Below are positions 24,481 through 37,124 of a DNA stretch of 48,295 nt, piece after piece. The notes below the pieces were generated by a model that did not search any database, was not told where the DNA came from, and saw only the letters and a list, made by a program, of their open reading frames with translations. The first letter of the stretch is position 1; each line of letters starts with the position of its first letter. Source of the stretch: Octopus bimaculoides (taxonomy: Eukaryota); contig NC_068981.1 in assembly GCF_001194135.2 (NCBI RefSeq), positions 99,193,611 through 99,241,905 on the forward strand. The letters are read 5' to 3'. Position numbers and translations under genes: made by a program.

Positions 24481-25901
24481 TATCGCGCCGGTAGGCTGCG
24501 TCAGTTGCCGGCTGTTACGCCTACAGTACAAACATGTAGTACGCACTCGTCGGATTTTCGTTTTCCCCAGACGCATCGGGAGAAATCGCATACCGAGTAA
24601 TTATAACTTTTCCTGGCAGTCTTGAAAGAATTTGTATGGGGCTAACCATGAACGCTTTCAAAAATTGATTCTTTCAACATTTCCACTCATTCTGGTCACG
24701 GTACATTCTCTGTCACATTGCATCAGAAAACTTAAGGACCAGAATCTGTCATACCTTCTAGTGACCAGAAATATTGCTGATAAGGCCATCCTATACTTTA
24801 ACCTGTCTCAAACTGTAGACTTCACCTTACTGAAAAGTTCCTGCTTCTGGTGTAGCGCACAGTATCTCCTAACCTTGGGAAGCGGGTCATTCTGAAAACT
24901 TTCCAAACATTCTGAAGTCACAATTCATAAAAATTGCTGTTCGGTAGTTTAAGCCAGTCTTGCGAATGATTATTCATAGTGGCAATCGACTAAGGTTATA
25001 ATCTCTTTTTACATTACAGTAGTCGAACAGGAGCAGTTTGGTTTGTCTTTACGGTGACCTAACTAAAATGGAACCTACGGATTACATATCATTATTTGAT
25101 GTATGAATATCTATATATAAGACCAATCATCGATTCGCTAAACTTAACAACGAAACATATTCAGGGAACATTATTAATGCAGTGGGAAGTTCTACAAAAA
25201 ATAAGAGCCAGACCAGCAAAGAAGAGGAACCAGATATCCTCCTAAAATTCACACTACAGTTTTTAAAGAAAGAAAGAAAGAAAAAGAGCGGGATGTTCGA
25301 CTGGATTGTGTCTGATAAGTTTGTTGCTCGTTAAGACTAACCTGGGACTGAACAATAACAGCAGCAGCAGCAACAACAACAACAACACATATACGACAAC
25401 CTGGAAATGTTTCTGTTAAAGTTTCTTTCAAATGTGTTTCTTTTTAATAACTAGAATTACTACCAACAACGAATCCCAACAGTAAGTGTAGCGGCATAAA
25501 ATATATTATATAATTCTCTTAGTGAAATAAATCACGTATACACCCAAATAAGCCAAACATAATCGTCTGGTACTACCCAACTTTTAAGAAAACATCTGAG
25601 CGGTTTGTTAGTGACCAACACTTATTCTTCTGCAAAGATAACAGCTAAATAAATATTGCTCTCTTTTTGTCATTATTTTTTCTTCCGGCAAACACCATGT
25701 GAAGAGATTGGGAAGACGTTTGTCTGGCTAATTCATCATTCTTTCTCTGTTTCTACCATTCATTCATATATTCTTTCTTTCTTTCCTTCTTTCTTCCTTT
25801 CTTTATCATCATCATCATCATCATCATCATCATTATTATTATTGTTATTGTCATTGTTATCATCGTCGTCATCATTATTTTGCAGTTAAATAAATATTAG
25901 T

Positions 25902-25906
25902 ATGGC

Positions 25907-25970
<64 letters not shown>

Positions 25971-26175
25971 AATATATACGTATGCACACACGCACACACA
26001 TATACATACACACATAGATACATACATCCATACATACACACACACACATACATACATATATACATACATACGCAGGCACACATACAAACACGCACACACG
26101 CACACACGCACACATACACACACATACATAAACATACATACATACACACACATACACACACATGCACACATATAT
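25902..26175. repeat. (TA)n/(CA)n/(CATA)n compound microsatellite
   Basis: Directly visible. Similar arrays at 1-180, 560-820, 14292-14575, 19140-19520, 32080-32280 and 36595-36890. Confidence 0.95.
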
Positions 26176-26529
26176 AAGCGCATTCCATAGTGTAAACATA
26201 ACTTCCTGCAAATATGGAAATGTATGCCATGCGGGTTTCATTATTTCCGGAAATAATCACACCTACCTTTTTGATATGATAAGCGCCCACATGATCAATA
26301 AATAAGCTTTTGCGCGTGCGTGTGGGTTTCATTAAAACAGTAAGTCCAACAAAATACAGGTTGCTTCGTTTGAAAACGAATTGGAGGTGGGCGCTGAACC
26401 ACGTTAATGACAGTCATTGATAGCTTTTTGCTGCCTAAAATATAATACTACTAATAATAATAATTATCATTATTATTATTTATTATTATTATTATTATNN
26501 NNNNNNNNNNNNNNNNNNNNNNATATATA

Positions 26530-27127
26530 AGTGGGGTATTTAAATAAAAGAAACAGAAAGCCTAATTGTAGCAGCCTAAGATCAAGCGATAAAAACAAAC
26601 AACTTGAGAAAAAATATATATGGAGAAAATGCGTTAGGAAAATGCTAGACCCTGTGGAATTTGGGACGAGACAGTGGCACAAATTGTAGAAGAGTGTCCC
26701 AAGTTGGCACAGAAAGAGTATAAGAAATGGAGGCACGACCAGGATGTAAACATTTTACACTGGAAAGTATGCCGGAAATGGGGATTTGAAGCTGGAAACA
26801 CATGGTCAATCATCGAGTCGAAAGAGTACTAGATTTGGAGAAATGTAGGACATTGTGGGACTTACCTCTTCAAATGGACAAAAAGTTAGAGAATAAAAGA
26901 TCAGATATTACAATCATAGATAAGGAAATGCGAAGTTGCTTACTTGTCAACCCATTATGCCCATTTGATTCCAAGATCATAAAGAAAGAGGAAGAAAAAC
27001 AAAGAAAATACAATCCTTTAAAATTTGAAATATGCAAAATATGTGAACAGTGAGTCAAGGTATAGACAAATGGCTGAAGGAGATTGAAATAGAATGCCCG
27101 GTAAAGCACCTACAGAAATTTTGCCTC
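26530..27127 (+). mobile_element. R4/Dong-like non-LTR retrotransposon 3' fragment (zinc knuckle + restriction-like endonuclease)
   Basis: ESLIVAA*DQAIKTN, CGIWDETVAQIVEECPKLAQKEYKKWRHD, TLWDLPLQMDKKLENKRSDITIIDKEMRSCLLVNPLCPFD, WLKEIEIECPVKHLQKFCL. Confidence 0.85.
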
Positions 27128-27392
27128 ATACAGTACCTTGGTATGACATATTTTCGTTAATGCCTAGGTACTTTTAGCATTCTTTGTGTGGGAAGGAAAG
27201 ATAGTGAGACCATTGATACACAGGTTTTGTGTCTGTGGGACTGATTTTCCCCGTTCAGCAATTAGATAAGAACATTTCTTCTGGCCAAATTCCATTCTTA
27301 TATCAGCTGAAAATGTTGTTATTAATTCCTGTTGATTTTTGGCATTGTTAACATTTTTAGCATAAGTTTTGGGGTCATCCACAAAGAAATGC
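27128..27392 (-). mobile_element. R4/Dong-like reverse transcriptase core fragment
   Basis: HFFVDDPKTYA...TTFSADIRMEFGQKKCSYL...RGK and KYLGINEN. Confidence 0.85.
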
Positions 27393-27426
27393 ATGTATGT
27401 ATGTATGTATGTATGTATGTATGTAT

Positions 27427-27825
27427 GAGAGAGCAGTGCATGCCATCAAAGTGACACTGGGGTAAAATATACGAAGCCCAATATACCCATCATGACTACC
27501 CGTCTGATAAGGGTACACCAGACACATGCATCACAACCATATGTGCACGACATGGTGATCTCATATCAAGATAAACAGCGCATGACCTCGCAGGTGGGGC
27601 CCAGTTAGAATTTTCTTCAGGTTGAGTAGCCCATCCCGCTCAAAAGGTCTCTGAATAAGGTTTGTATAAGGATGTTGAGAAAAACACCCATGTTTCCAAA
27701 GGTGAATTATTCGAACCCCAAAGAATTCCTCTCAACACATGGCTATGATGCTCCCCCACTACTGCTCATAATCAGAGATACACATATCGTCAGCCACCAA
27801 GGGACATGTTCAACTGGTTAAGGTC
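27427..27825. repeat. Unclassified ~400-bp interspersed repeat (family E), copy 2
   Basis: Direct-orientation homolog of 3553-3978, flanked on both sides by (ATGT)n. Confidence 0.85.
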
Positions 27826-27860
27826 ATGTATGTATGTATGTATGTATGTATGTATGTATG

Positions 27861-28457
27861 TGTCGTCCAGCATGCCGAATACCAACTCGGAATTTCTGAG
27901 GGTCCGTGCTATTGCTTGATAGAAGCTGACCCTACACTAGGTTCATCCGTTCTTTTGACAGGTCTTGCTTTTAGTCCTGCTGGAAGACCCTTGGCAGTGA
28001 GGCACCCGTTAGCTTTTGTTAAAGCATGTCTCTAGGAGAATGTCACTCTGATATAAAACCACATACGCAGGGAGTTGCATTGAACATTTTGGGGATCTTT
28101 TGCTTCCAATTGGGATCATGGCGCTCTCACATTCCTTAGCCTGCGATCCATATTGGCACCGGATATTTTGCCCTGTCGTATCTCTGGATCATGTAAGTAG
28201 GGTGGATAGAGTTTGTGAAGTGCTGTGCAAGCCTTATTGAGCCTAAAATTTTAGGTTACGCAATCGCCTGCGAGGTAAATATACAATGCCCGGTGAAATA
28301 GGAGGGTGCTGCGGCAAACTTGGAAGCCGCGGACACGAACCGGCTGAAGTCGACGACTGGTGCAATGACCTCATGCTCGGGCATTTCTGGCATTTTGCAT
28401 GGGCAATTGTCAGTGAAGGTCTTTCTGTCACGAGTAGACAGCTATCATCATTACCAT
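27861..28457. mobile_element. Highly degraded RTE-like LINE remnant, possibly internally inverted
   Basis: The plus-strand end ggtctttctgtcacgagtagacagctatcatcat resembles the neighbouring RTE 3' end. Weak minus-strand RT-downstream motifs (QYGS, VKRTDEP, ELVFGML). Confidence 0.35.
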
Positions 28458-28487
28458 GTATGTATGTATGTATGTATGTATGTATGC

Positions 28488-28702
28488 ATGAAGAACTTAA
28501 GCGAGCTGCGTGAAAGTGCACGGCTCATATAGTGAATGGGGAAAGCTTAATCTGCAATGTTTGCAGTCGTGTATGCTTGTCAAGAGCAGGGCTCATTAGC
28601 CACCAACGGAGCCGCAAATGCAAAATATAAGTTAGTCCTAGAGCGCACAATGTTCCTGAAGGTCGGAAATGGTCTTCCTCGGTCACGAGTGGACGGCCAT
28701 CA
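28488..28702 (+). mobile_element. RTE-clade LINE 3' end
   Basis: ICNVCSRVCLSRAGLISHQR terminal zinc-finger motif, followed by 3' end ggtcttcctcggtcacgagtggacggccatcat. Confidence 0.75.
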
Positions 28703-29013
28703 TGTATATATTGTATATATGTAGGGATAGGGCGCATGGCCTACTAGTTAGAGTGCTGCACGTACGATTGCAAAATTGTGGTTTCAGTTCTTGGACCGAG
28801 TGGTATGCTGTGCTCTTGAGCAAAACATTTCATTGTGCGTTGCTCTGTGATCACTTCGACACATGATGTGTGGTACACCATGCACCTGCTAAGGTAATGT
28901 CAATTTGGTGGAGCTATGTACAGCACACACATTTGATCACTATAAACAAATCATTTGTGCAGATTGTTCAACCAGAAATTGTGGAACCGTTTTTCTCAGA
29001 CTACATGAGACTA

Positions 29014-29046
<33 letters not shown>

Positions 29047-29473
29047 NNNNNNNNNNNNNNNNNNNNNNNNNNNNNNNNNNNNNNNNNNNNNNNNNNNNNN
29101 NNNNNNNNNNNNNNNNNNNNNNNNNNNNNNNNNNNNNNNNNNNNNNNNNNNNNNNNNNNNNNNNNNNNNNNNNNNNNNNNNNNNNNNNNNNNNNNNNNNN
29201 NNNNNNNNNNNNNNNNNNNNNNNNNNNNNNNNNNNNNNNNNNNNNNNNNNNNNNNNNNNNNNNNNNNNNNNNNNNNNNNNNNNNNNNNNNNNNNNNNNNN
29301 NNNNNNNNNNNNNNNNNNNNNNNNNNNNNNNNNNNNNNNNNNNNNNNNNNNNNNNNNNNNNNNNNNNNNNNNNNNNNNNNNNNNNNNNNNNNNNNNNNNN
29401 NNNNNNNNNNNNNNNNNNNNNNNNNNNNNNNGTCATTTATTCTTTTCAAATCGCCGCTGGACTTGTCCCGCTC

Positions 29474-29525
<52 letters not shown>

Positions 29526-29829
29526 GCTGTATATGTGTCTCTCTCTCAATACCTCTAAATCTTTTTCTCTATAGAGAAAAAGCGCATGAGGACAGACAGA
29601 GAAAAGTCACGGAGAAAAAACAAGGGAGAAGCCAGACCTCTGCTTTCTTTCTATCTATATGTCTCTCTCTGTACCTCTATCTCTCTCACTATATATATAC
29701 CTCTCTCTGGTTGTATGTATGTCTCTCTCTCACTACCTCAACCTCTTTTTCATCCTAGAGAAAAATACGTGAGACAGATAGAAAGGAAGTTAGGGAGAAA
29801 AACACAAATGAGATAGAAGTGGGATGAAG

Positions 29830-30574
29830 GTAGTCACATCTATAAATTTACCGACAATGTGGTCGACGAGAACGATGTTGTTCATTATCCTGTTGAATTC
29901 CTCAACAGTCTGGAACCGTCCGGCATGCCGACACACAACCTTGAATTGAAGAAGGGCGCAGTCATCATGCTTCTCAGAAACCTGGATCTGCCAAGATTGT
30001 GCAATGGTACACGTATGGTTGTGACTGAACTATAGCCTCCCATTATCGAAGTAAAAATCCTCCCTGGTTGTGGTAAGGGAGACTTTGTATTTATACCGAG
30101 AATACCACTAATACCAACAGATGTCCCCTTTCGTTTCAAACGATTGCAATTCCCACTGAGAGTCAGTTACGCATCGACCATTAACAAGTCCCAAGGTCAA
30201 ACACTGCAGGCAGTCGGTCTCCATCTAGAAGAGGGTTGTTTCTCACATGCTCAATTGTATGTAGGTTATTCCAGAGTAGAAAGCCCACAGAAACTCTTCG
30301 TATATGCTCCAAAGAAAAAAGTTTAAAACATTGTATATACTGAAGTTCGGTAAATGTTTTATAATTTTTGTACGATACATTCCTCTATTATTATCTATAT
30401 TACTTTCTGTATTTAGATATTCTAAAATTTGTAAAAATTATATTATGCAATATTTAAATACTTTTTAACAACTTTTATAGAAAGAAAAATGAACATTGCG
30501 ATAGATGCCAATATTGCCTTATGAATATATTTCAACTCCGTACAGACCGGGCCGAAGACCGGGAGGCCAGCTAG
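29830..30574 (+). mobile_element. Helitron 3' portion: PIF1-family helicase C-terminus plus terminal hairpin and CTAG
   Basis: Translates [44 protein letters not shown](*)...IPRIPLIP...RLQFPLRVSYASTINKSQGQTL...FSHAQLYVGYSRV. Hairpin ccgggccgaagaccgg at 30547-30562, then CTAG|T at 30571-30575. Confidence 0.93.
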
Positions 30575-30824
30575 TAGATATATATATATATAATGTCTTA
30601 GAAATTAATATTTTTATTCTTGTTTTGGTCGAGTCAGTCTGTTGCTGCTGCGCAGTTTCACCTGTGCATTCACAGACTTTTCAGGCAAGTTTTTGTCATA
30701 ACTTTGTGACGACACTGTAAACGCACAGACGAAACACTAAAGTAGCCAGAAACTGAATCAACCAATATATGTTGTGTGCATGTGTGTATGCATACACACA
30801 TACATATATACACATACATACATT

Positions 30825-30855
<31 letters not shown>

Positions 30856-31129
30856 TACACATGTTTTACACATATTGTAAAATTTACATTTGTATGTACA
30901 CACTGTACACATACACACATACACACACACATACACGCGCGCGCTGCGCCAAAGGAAGTTATTTTATGGCATTCTTTCGTTTGAAGTAGGAAAGTTGTCA
31001 ACTCGATCATATGGTCGATCATATGGGATCATATGATTGTTCGTTAATTTCCGTAAATTTGATTTCTTTTTGCTTTGAAGATAGCTGAAATTGAAAGAGA
31101 TGAAAAAGTGAAAAGGTGACATTTCATAT

Positions 31130-31730
31130 ACACATACTAAAATACATATGCATACATATTTTTTGCATATATTTGTGCGTGTACGTGTGCATGTGAGAGA
31201 GAGGGTGACTTTACTTCGTCATAACATATAGAGAAATGGATGTATTTAAGGTACACACTCATATAGAAAATGTGACGTCGTCGTCGTTGTCGTCGTCGCA
31301 TAAAATGTGTAATCGGCATCTCAGTTTTCGAATGCATAAGGAAGATACGTACACACACACATACAAACTCTTTTTTATATATATATGGAAGACTCCCTGT
31401 CTGTCGTTCTCTCTGTCTGTCGTTCTCTCTGTCTGTCTCTCACATTCCCTGCGTCTATCTATTCCTGTATCCTCCCCTTCCTTGATATCAGCCTCCCTCG
31501 TTGTCACATTTCCCTCAACCTAACCTTTTGCACGCCTCTCATTTTATCATGTAATAGCCCAACCCCCGTAGTCGGTCCATTATCGATTTTTATTGAAATC
31601 CAATTAGCCTATAATTGAACTGGATGTTAGTTCAACATGTATACAAAGTTTGGTAAAGATTGGTTCCCTGTATTGGGCAGCAAGATGGTAACAAACAGGC
31701 GGACAGACAGACAGACAGAAATTGACATTT

Positions 31731-31770
<40 letters not shown>
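31130..31770 (+). mobile_element. Probable Helentron/HINE-like non-autonomous element
   Basis: Typical 3' architecture: tacaaagtttggtaaagattgg ... (acag)n ... gacattttata then (TA)n, with an internal TC/TG-rich microsatellite. Recognised from family architecture only. Confidence 0.5.
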
Positions 31771-32136
31771 CATTCTTTCATGGTCGACTACTATTGTTAC
31801 AAGAATTCACGGAGCCTGTTTTCTCAACACTGGCTGAAGAAATGAGTTGTCGCAGAAACATTAAAATACCCCAGATGATAGATTTGCCTTACAGTAAATA
31901 TACACATTTGTTTTTTATATCTGTGTATTTGCGATTCATTCTCTCCTTTCATTTCACATAAACATAGGTGACAGTCTCACTGAATTACAGTTAGCTTCAA
32001 AACAATCTGAGTGCATAAATATTTCGATTAGCCGAATTAAGATGGGCCTTGTAAAATTCATGTGACCATTGACCACACACACACGCACACAGACACAGAT
32101 GTATACTTATTCATATAAATATATTTATTTACATAT

Positions 32137-32178
<42 letters not shown>

Positions 32179-32203
32179 CATATTTTATCAAATTTGTTTA
32201 TAC

Positions 32204-32246
<43 letters not shown>

Positions 32247-32749
32247 CATACACACACACAAGCACACACACACATATTACATATACATTGCTTGCGCGAT
32301 TGTGTATGAACGTTTTAAGTGGGTTAAAAAATAAACAGTGAGGGTGGAGTAAATAATAAGATGACAATACATAAATGCCGAGTTGAAGATAAAGCTGTGT
32401 GTGACAGCGCAAGGATTTTACTAATTAAAATTACATTGAAAAAATATTGTTTTACGTCACGAAACAATCGCTTCGCGGCTTGCTTTTATTAAGGGCGGAC
32501 AAGTTCTCCCTTTCATTTTTGTTATTGATGCTTTTGTTGTGTATCACATGCGCCACCCGATCCAGCTGATCTATGAGCAAAGGTATGCCACCCATGACCA
32601 TCCCGCCTTTTTATATCCCTATGATTCTCCAGTACGTCCTTTTTATCTAAAGGAGGTTTGGTTGTTATTTTCTCGCAAATCAAGCGACCGTGTAGAAGTC
32701 CACTTGTGCTTGTGGTTAACGTGGTAGTGTTTTAAGAAAGAAAATTTGT

Positions 32750-34120
32750 GGTTTGGATATTCACATTTATGTGATCAACTTCCTCCTTTAGCTTGTCTTT
32801 GTCTATCGGAAGCATATCTAAGACATCATGACTAACATTTAATAACTAAGCCTTCAATCTTTCCCAGTTTGTTCCAAATGAAAATATTGCTATCCATAAC
32901 CGTATCTTTGTAAATAATACTACGGATGGCTCACATGCATCTTATATGGAAGTCTTCAAGAGCACTTCTTCTCTAAATAGAATCAATGCCTCCGAAGAAC
33001 AGAAAACTATCAGAATTATTATCATCTTGTAGTGATCCATGTTAGTGTCAAAAGACGTGATAAATGTTACATAACAGTGATGAATAAGTTTACCAAATGC
33101 GATACTTATCGTCTTATTGTTTACAAGGAGCTTATAGCATGTGAAGGAGCCAACAACCTTCAGCGGTGTACAATCGACAAAGCTGAAAATCAGAGCTGCT
33201 GAAGTAAATAACGGAGCAGCTCTGTCCTTTGGAATTTCATGGTGAGACCAAAGGATCTTGCTGGAAAAGTGAAACAATAAATTGGGTTATCTTTCTGGTT
33301 TGGGATTCGATTTGAATGTATTTAGTCCTTTGTCACATCTCTTGACGACAGTTCCGAAGTTCCGTGTTGTCTACTTTGGTAAAGGTTAGATATTAAAATA
33401 AGTCTGTTATTTATAGAATGCCTTCAAATTGCATTTTATCCAACGATCTTCTGTTTATGATTCAGAATCTTTGAGCACTACGCAAAATTAGAAGTTCGTT
33501 CTGAATTTCAATGTAGTCATCATTGAGTCAGTTTTCGTACTTCCCTTTAGTAAATCCAAAGACCATTGCCACAGTGCATCATCTCTGATACTCTTCCATG
33601 CAATTTCAGTGTCGTCCCTAACTCAAATCTTTCATACCTGTTCCTCACATTTACTGACATAATTTGTAATTTAGGCGCGACAACATTTATCTTCTAAGCC
33701 ATATTGCTGTGTTACTTCTTTAGAAAGAACCTCCAGAATAGTTTCCAGTTTGCTACAGCTTCAAACTGTGACCTTATCTGTCGTATAATTACTGTTTGGA
33801 TGTCGCCGACTATCATGAAAACGTGTATCTAGCTCAATAATGGAATATAATGTGGGTAATGAGCTTAAATACGCTTCATAAGTAACAATACGAGGAAAGC
33901 ACTTAGTTTTATATAGTTGTGTGTGCAATATACGTGAGAAATATGTGGCAATATGGTCCATTTGGGTGTGAAACGGGAAGGTACAAGTCTTGTTCAGTGG
34001 TGTGGTGTGGTGTCAATAGAAAAGATGTGAGCTGCTCGTCTGGATACGAGCGAAAGGTTATGTGTGTTGGAAAGGTATTGTATGTCATTATAAGACGTAA
34101 CTTCATAGTTTGTCAGTATA
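32750..34120 (-). mobile_element. Degraded, internally deleted RTE LINE
   Basis: W.SIRD..VAMVFGFTKGK..DDYIEIQ (post-endonuclease), LKVVGSFTCY..SIAFGKL, IEGLVIKC (IEA.L.K.QLRW-like). Boundaries approximate. Confidence 0.55.
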
Positions 34121-35204
34121 CGACAACCGACCAAGTCAAGACCAGTGATATAGGGGAGACATTACTGAATTGCGTGGCAAAGAAAGGAGAATAAAGGATT
34201 AATAGGTGAGGAGAAGGGAAATCTGTTGCAAATACAGAGAGATTAGGTGTTCACCAGATTACGCTCTAGTCTAGTACAAATAGAATTTTCCACTGGCTGA
34301 GAAGGTATTTGCCAAAGTGAGGACATCTGAAGAAAATTCTGCTCTGGTATTTTTGTAATTTGTAATTTCTCAGGTTTTTCAAAATGCATGCTTTTCCCCA
34401 CTGTTCACATTTTAGTCACATGAGTGTATAGTCTGCTTTGTTTTAGAATTTTCTATTTAATATCAAAGTTGTTCCTTCAGCTTCGTATGCAACTAGCCAG
34501 CGCAGTTGCAGTTCTCTTACTGATGTATCTGAAATATGTAGTTTGAAATAACGATACCTGAATTTGCTTTCTCATATTTATGTTGTGCTTCCTCTCAATT
34601 TGTTGGAGTGGTATGGTGGAGGTCTGTGTTACGTGCATAATTGAATGAACATGTGCATCGTCTGAACTAAAGAAAGGAAATGAGCTATGGGAAATAACTC
34701 AAATAGGTCAATGGTATGAAATCTGATAAATAAGTTAGTGGGTAATGTACTGAATGCCATATGCTGAAAGCTCTACATTGAAATTTTGGTATGTGAACTA
34801 TCACTCAAACCAACAAATGCAGTTACACATCCTGCGAGAAACCTTACAGTCTTCAATAAATAAAGAATTAAACACTGAATAATATAGTTCAGAATACACA
34901 AAAAGACAGGATGGTGACAGCTTGAATACATTTCATCATTGGATTTCATCATCTAGAGCTAAACAACAGCAGTCATAACTATGCTAACACCAACTCCTGC
35001 TCCTAAAATTAATCTTCAATACATTTGATACCATTCCTTTTAAGATCTCCAACTTTCAATATTCATGTCCTTAATTTATTCACATCTCACAGCTGTAGAT
35101 GTAGTCTCTTATTTATTCTTTCCTGTTTATTATCAGTAAATACAAGCTCTCACACCATCTTCTAAAAGGAAAGGTGCACTGGACAATGTAGTCATAGATG
35201 TCTT

Positions 35205-35514
35205 TCTTCTTTTCGCCTTTTCAAAGCCTAGCCAGGCTCATGGGCCCGGTTTCCCGGTTTCTATGGTGTATGTGTTCCCCCCAGCTGGATGGAATGCCAG
35301 TCCATCGCAGCGTTAGTCAAGAAACAGGAAGAAAGAGTGAGAGAAAGTTGGGGCAAAAGAGTACAACAGGGGTCGCCACCACCCCCTGCCGGAGCCTCGT
35401 GGTGCTTAGGTGTTTTCGCTCAATAAACACTCACAATGCCCGGTCTGGGAATCGAAACCGCGATCCTCCGACCGTGAGTCCGCTGCTCTAACCACTGGGC
35501 CATTGCGCCTCCAC
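35205..35514 (-). mobile_element. SINE family D with C-type 3' tail
   Basis: Head gtggaggcgcaatggcccagtggttagagcagcggactcacggtcggaggatcgcggtttcgattcccagaccggg with clear A/B boxes. Confidence 0.85.
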
Positions 35515-37124
35515 ATAGTCATAGATCACTATGCCTTTAAAAAAAGATGGCTTGATCAAAGATTCAGGGACATGGCCATTGATCATAATTCTGCTCAGTC
35601 AGAGTTAAGCTAGAACTAAACAACAACTGTGTAAACATGATAAATAAAACAACTGACATTGAGTGGAGAATAACTTATTGAACCCATTTGATACCAACCT
35701 ACCTGAGACTGACCATGGTTCTATGATACAAACTTCTTGTTTTAAATTGATCTAAATTAAAACATTCCGTCATAAATGTATGGGCAACCTTTTCTGATAA
35801 GCAGGCCACATGAGATATAGCCCATCATCAGGTGGGCTGCACTACTAAAAAATTTGAGGTAATTCTTTTGTTAGGCATGCCATTCAGAAAGTCCAGTGAG
35901 CTACAGATTGTTCGTTCTTAAACACTTGCTTAATAATTCATCCAGTTTCTCTGCCTACTATTCCTGAGAGAGTTGTTGGGGTAGGGTCCTCTAGCACCTC
36001 CTCCATAGGATATTATCAGAAGCAACCATCATTACACTTTCCTGTTGTATTCCCAAGTGTAACCAACTGAGGCTATTGCCTGTCTGGCAATTCTTTCCTG
36101 TGACATTATCACATCTCCATAGTACCAAAGCTGTGACCCTTCAATAATGACAAATATATTCTACTAAATTCTCAATCATTTTTCAAAATTAATTTAGATG
36201 ATGAAATTGCATTTCAATAGATCTATGGTATGTTGTTGTTGTTGTTGGCACTCTGTCGCTTACGACGTCGAGGGTTCCAGTTGATCCGATCAACGGAACA
36301 GCCTGCTCGTGAAATTAACGTTTTACAAAAGCACCTAAGAACTTTGTAAAGACTCAACTTGCAGCATCTCTCCACTTTTCTCCTCTATATATCCATCACC
36401 TTCATCATCAGTTAGCATCTACTTGTCTATGCTTGCATGGGTCACATGGAATGTGTTGCAGATTTTCTATAGCAGAATACCCTTCTTATCACCAACCCTC
36501 CTCCATGGCCAGACAAGTGTTTCATGGAAGACTGAAAATGTACAACATTACTTGTATGACAGTGATGCTCTATCACATGATGTCAAGACAAGAGTACACA
36601 AACATACATATACATACATGCATATACACACATGCATATGCATACACACATATACATACACAGAGGCACATATACATACATACATACATATACACACATA
36701 TACATACATACACAATATACATATACATACATACACACATATATACATACATACATACACACATGTATGCATATACATATACATACATACATACACACAT
36801 ATGTATGCACACATATACATAGAGGTACATATACATAAACAGGCACATACACACATGCACATATGCATGCACACATACACACACACACACACAACAGGCT
36901 TCTTTCAGTTTCCATATACCAAATTCACTCACCAGGCTTTGGTTGGCCTAGGCCTATAGTAGAAGACACTTACTTAAGGTGCCGCATAGTGGGACTGAAC
37001 TCAAGATCACATGGTTGAGAAGTATCAACCAGACAGCCATGCCAGCCCCTACACCTCCAACCTGCAAAATCTTTATCTTTATTTCGCCACTGCTATTTCC
37101 CATTTCATCTACTTTCAATGCATG

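Noticed and set aside
17696-29574. Many long ORFs containing X runs
   Set aside because: They are open only because N gaps and dinucleotide repeats contain no stop codons.
32394-32410. Partial miR-210-like ctgtgtgtgacagcg
   Set aside because: Seed is disrupted and there is no hairpin partner.
35440-35514. tRNA gene
   Set aside because: It has A/B boxes but runs into a repeated SINE body and lacks a clean cloverleaf; it is a SINE head.
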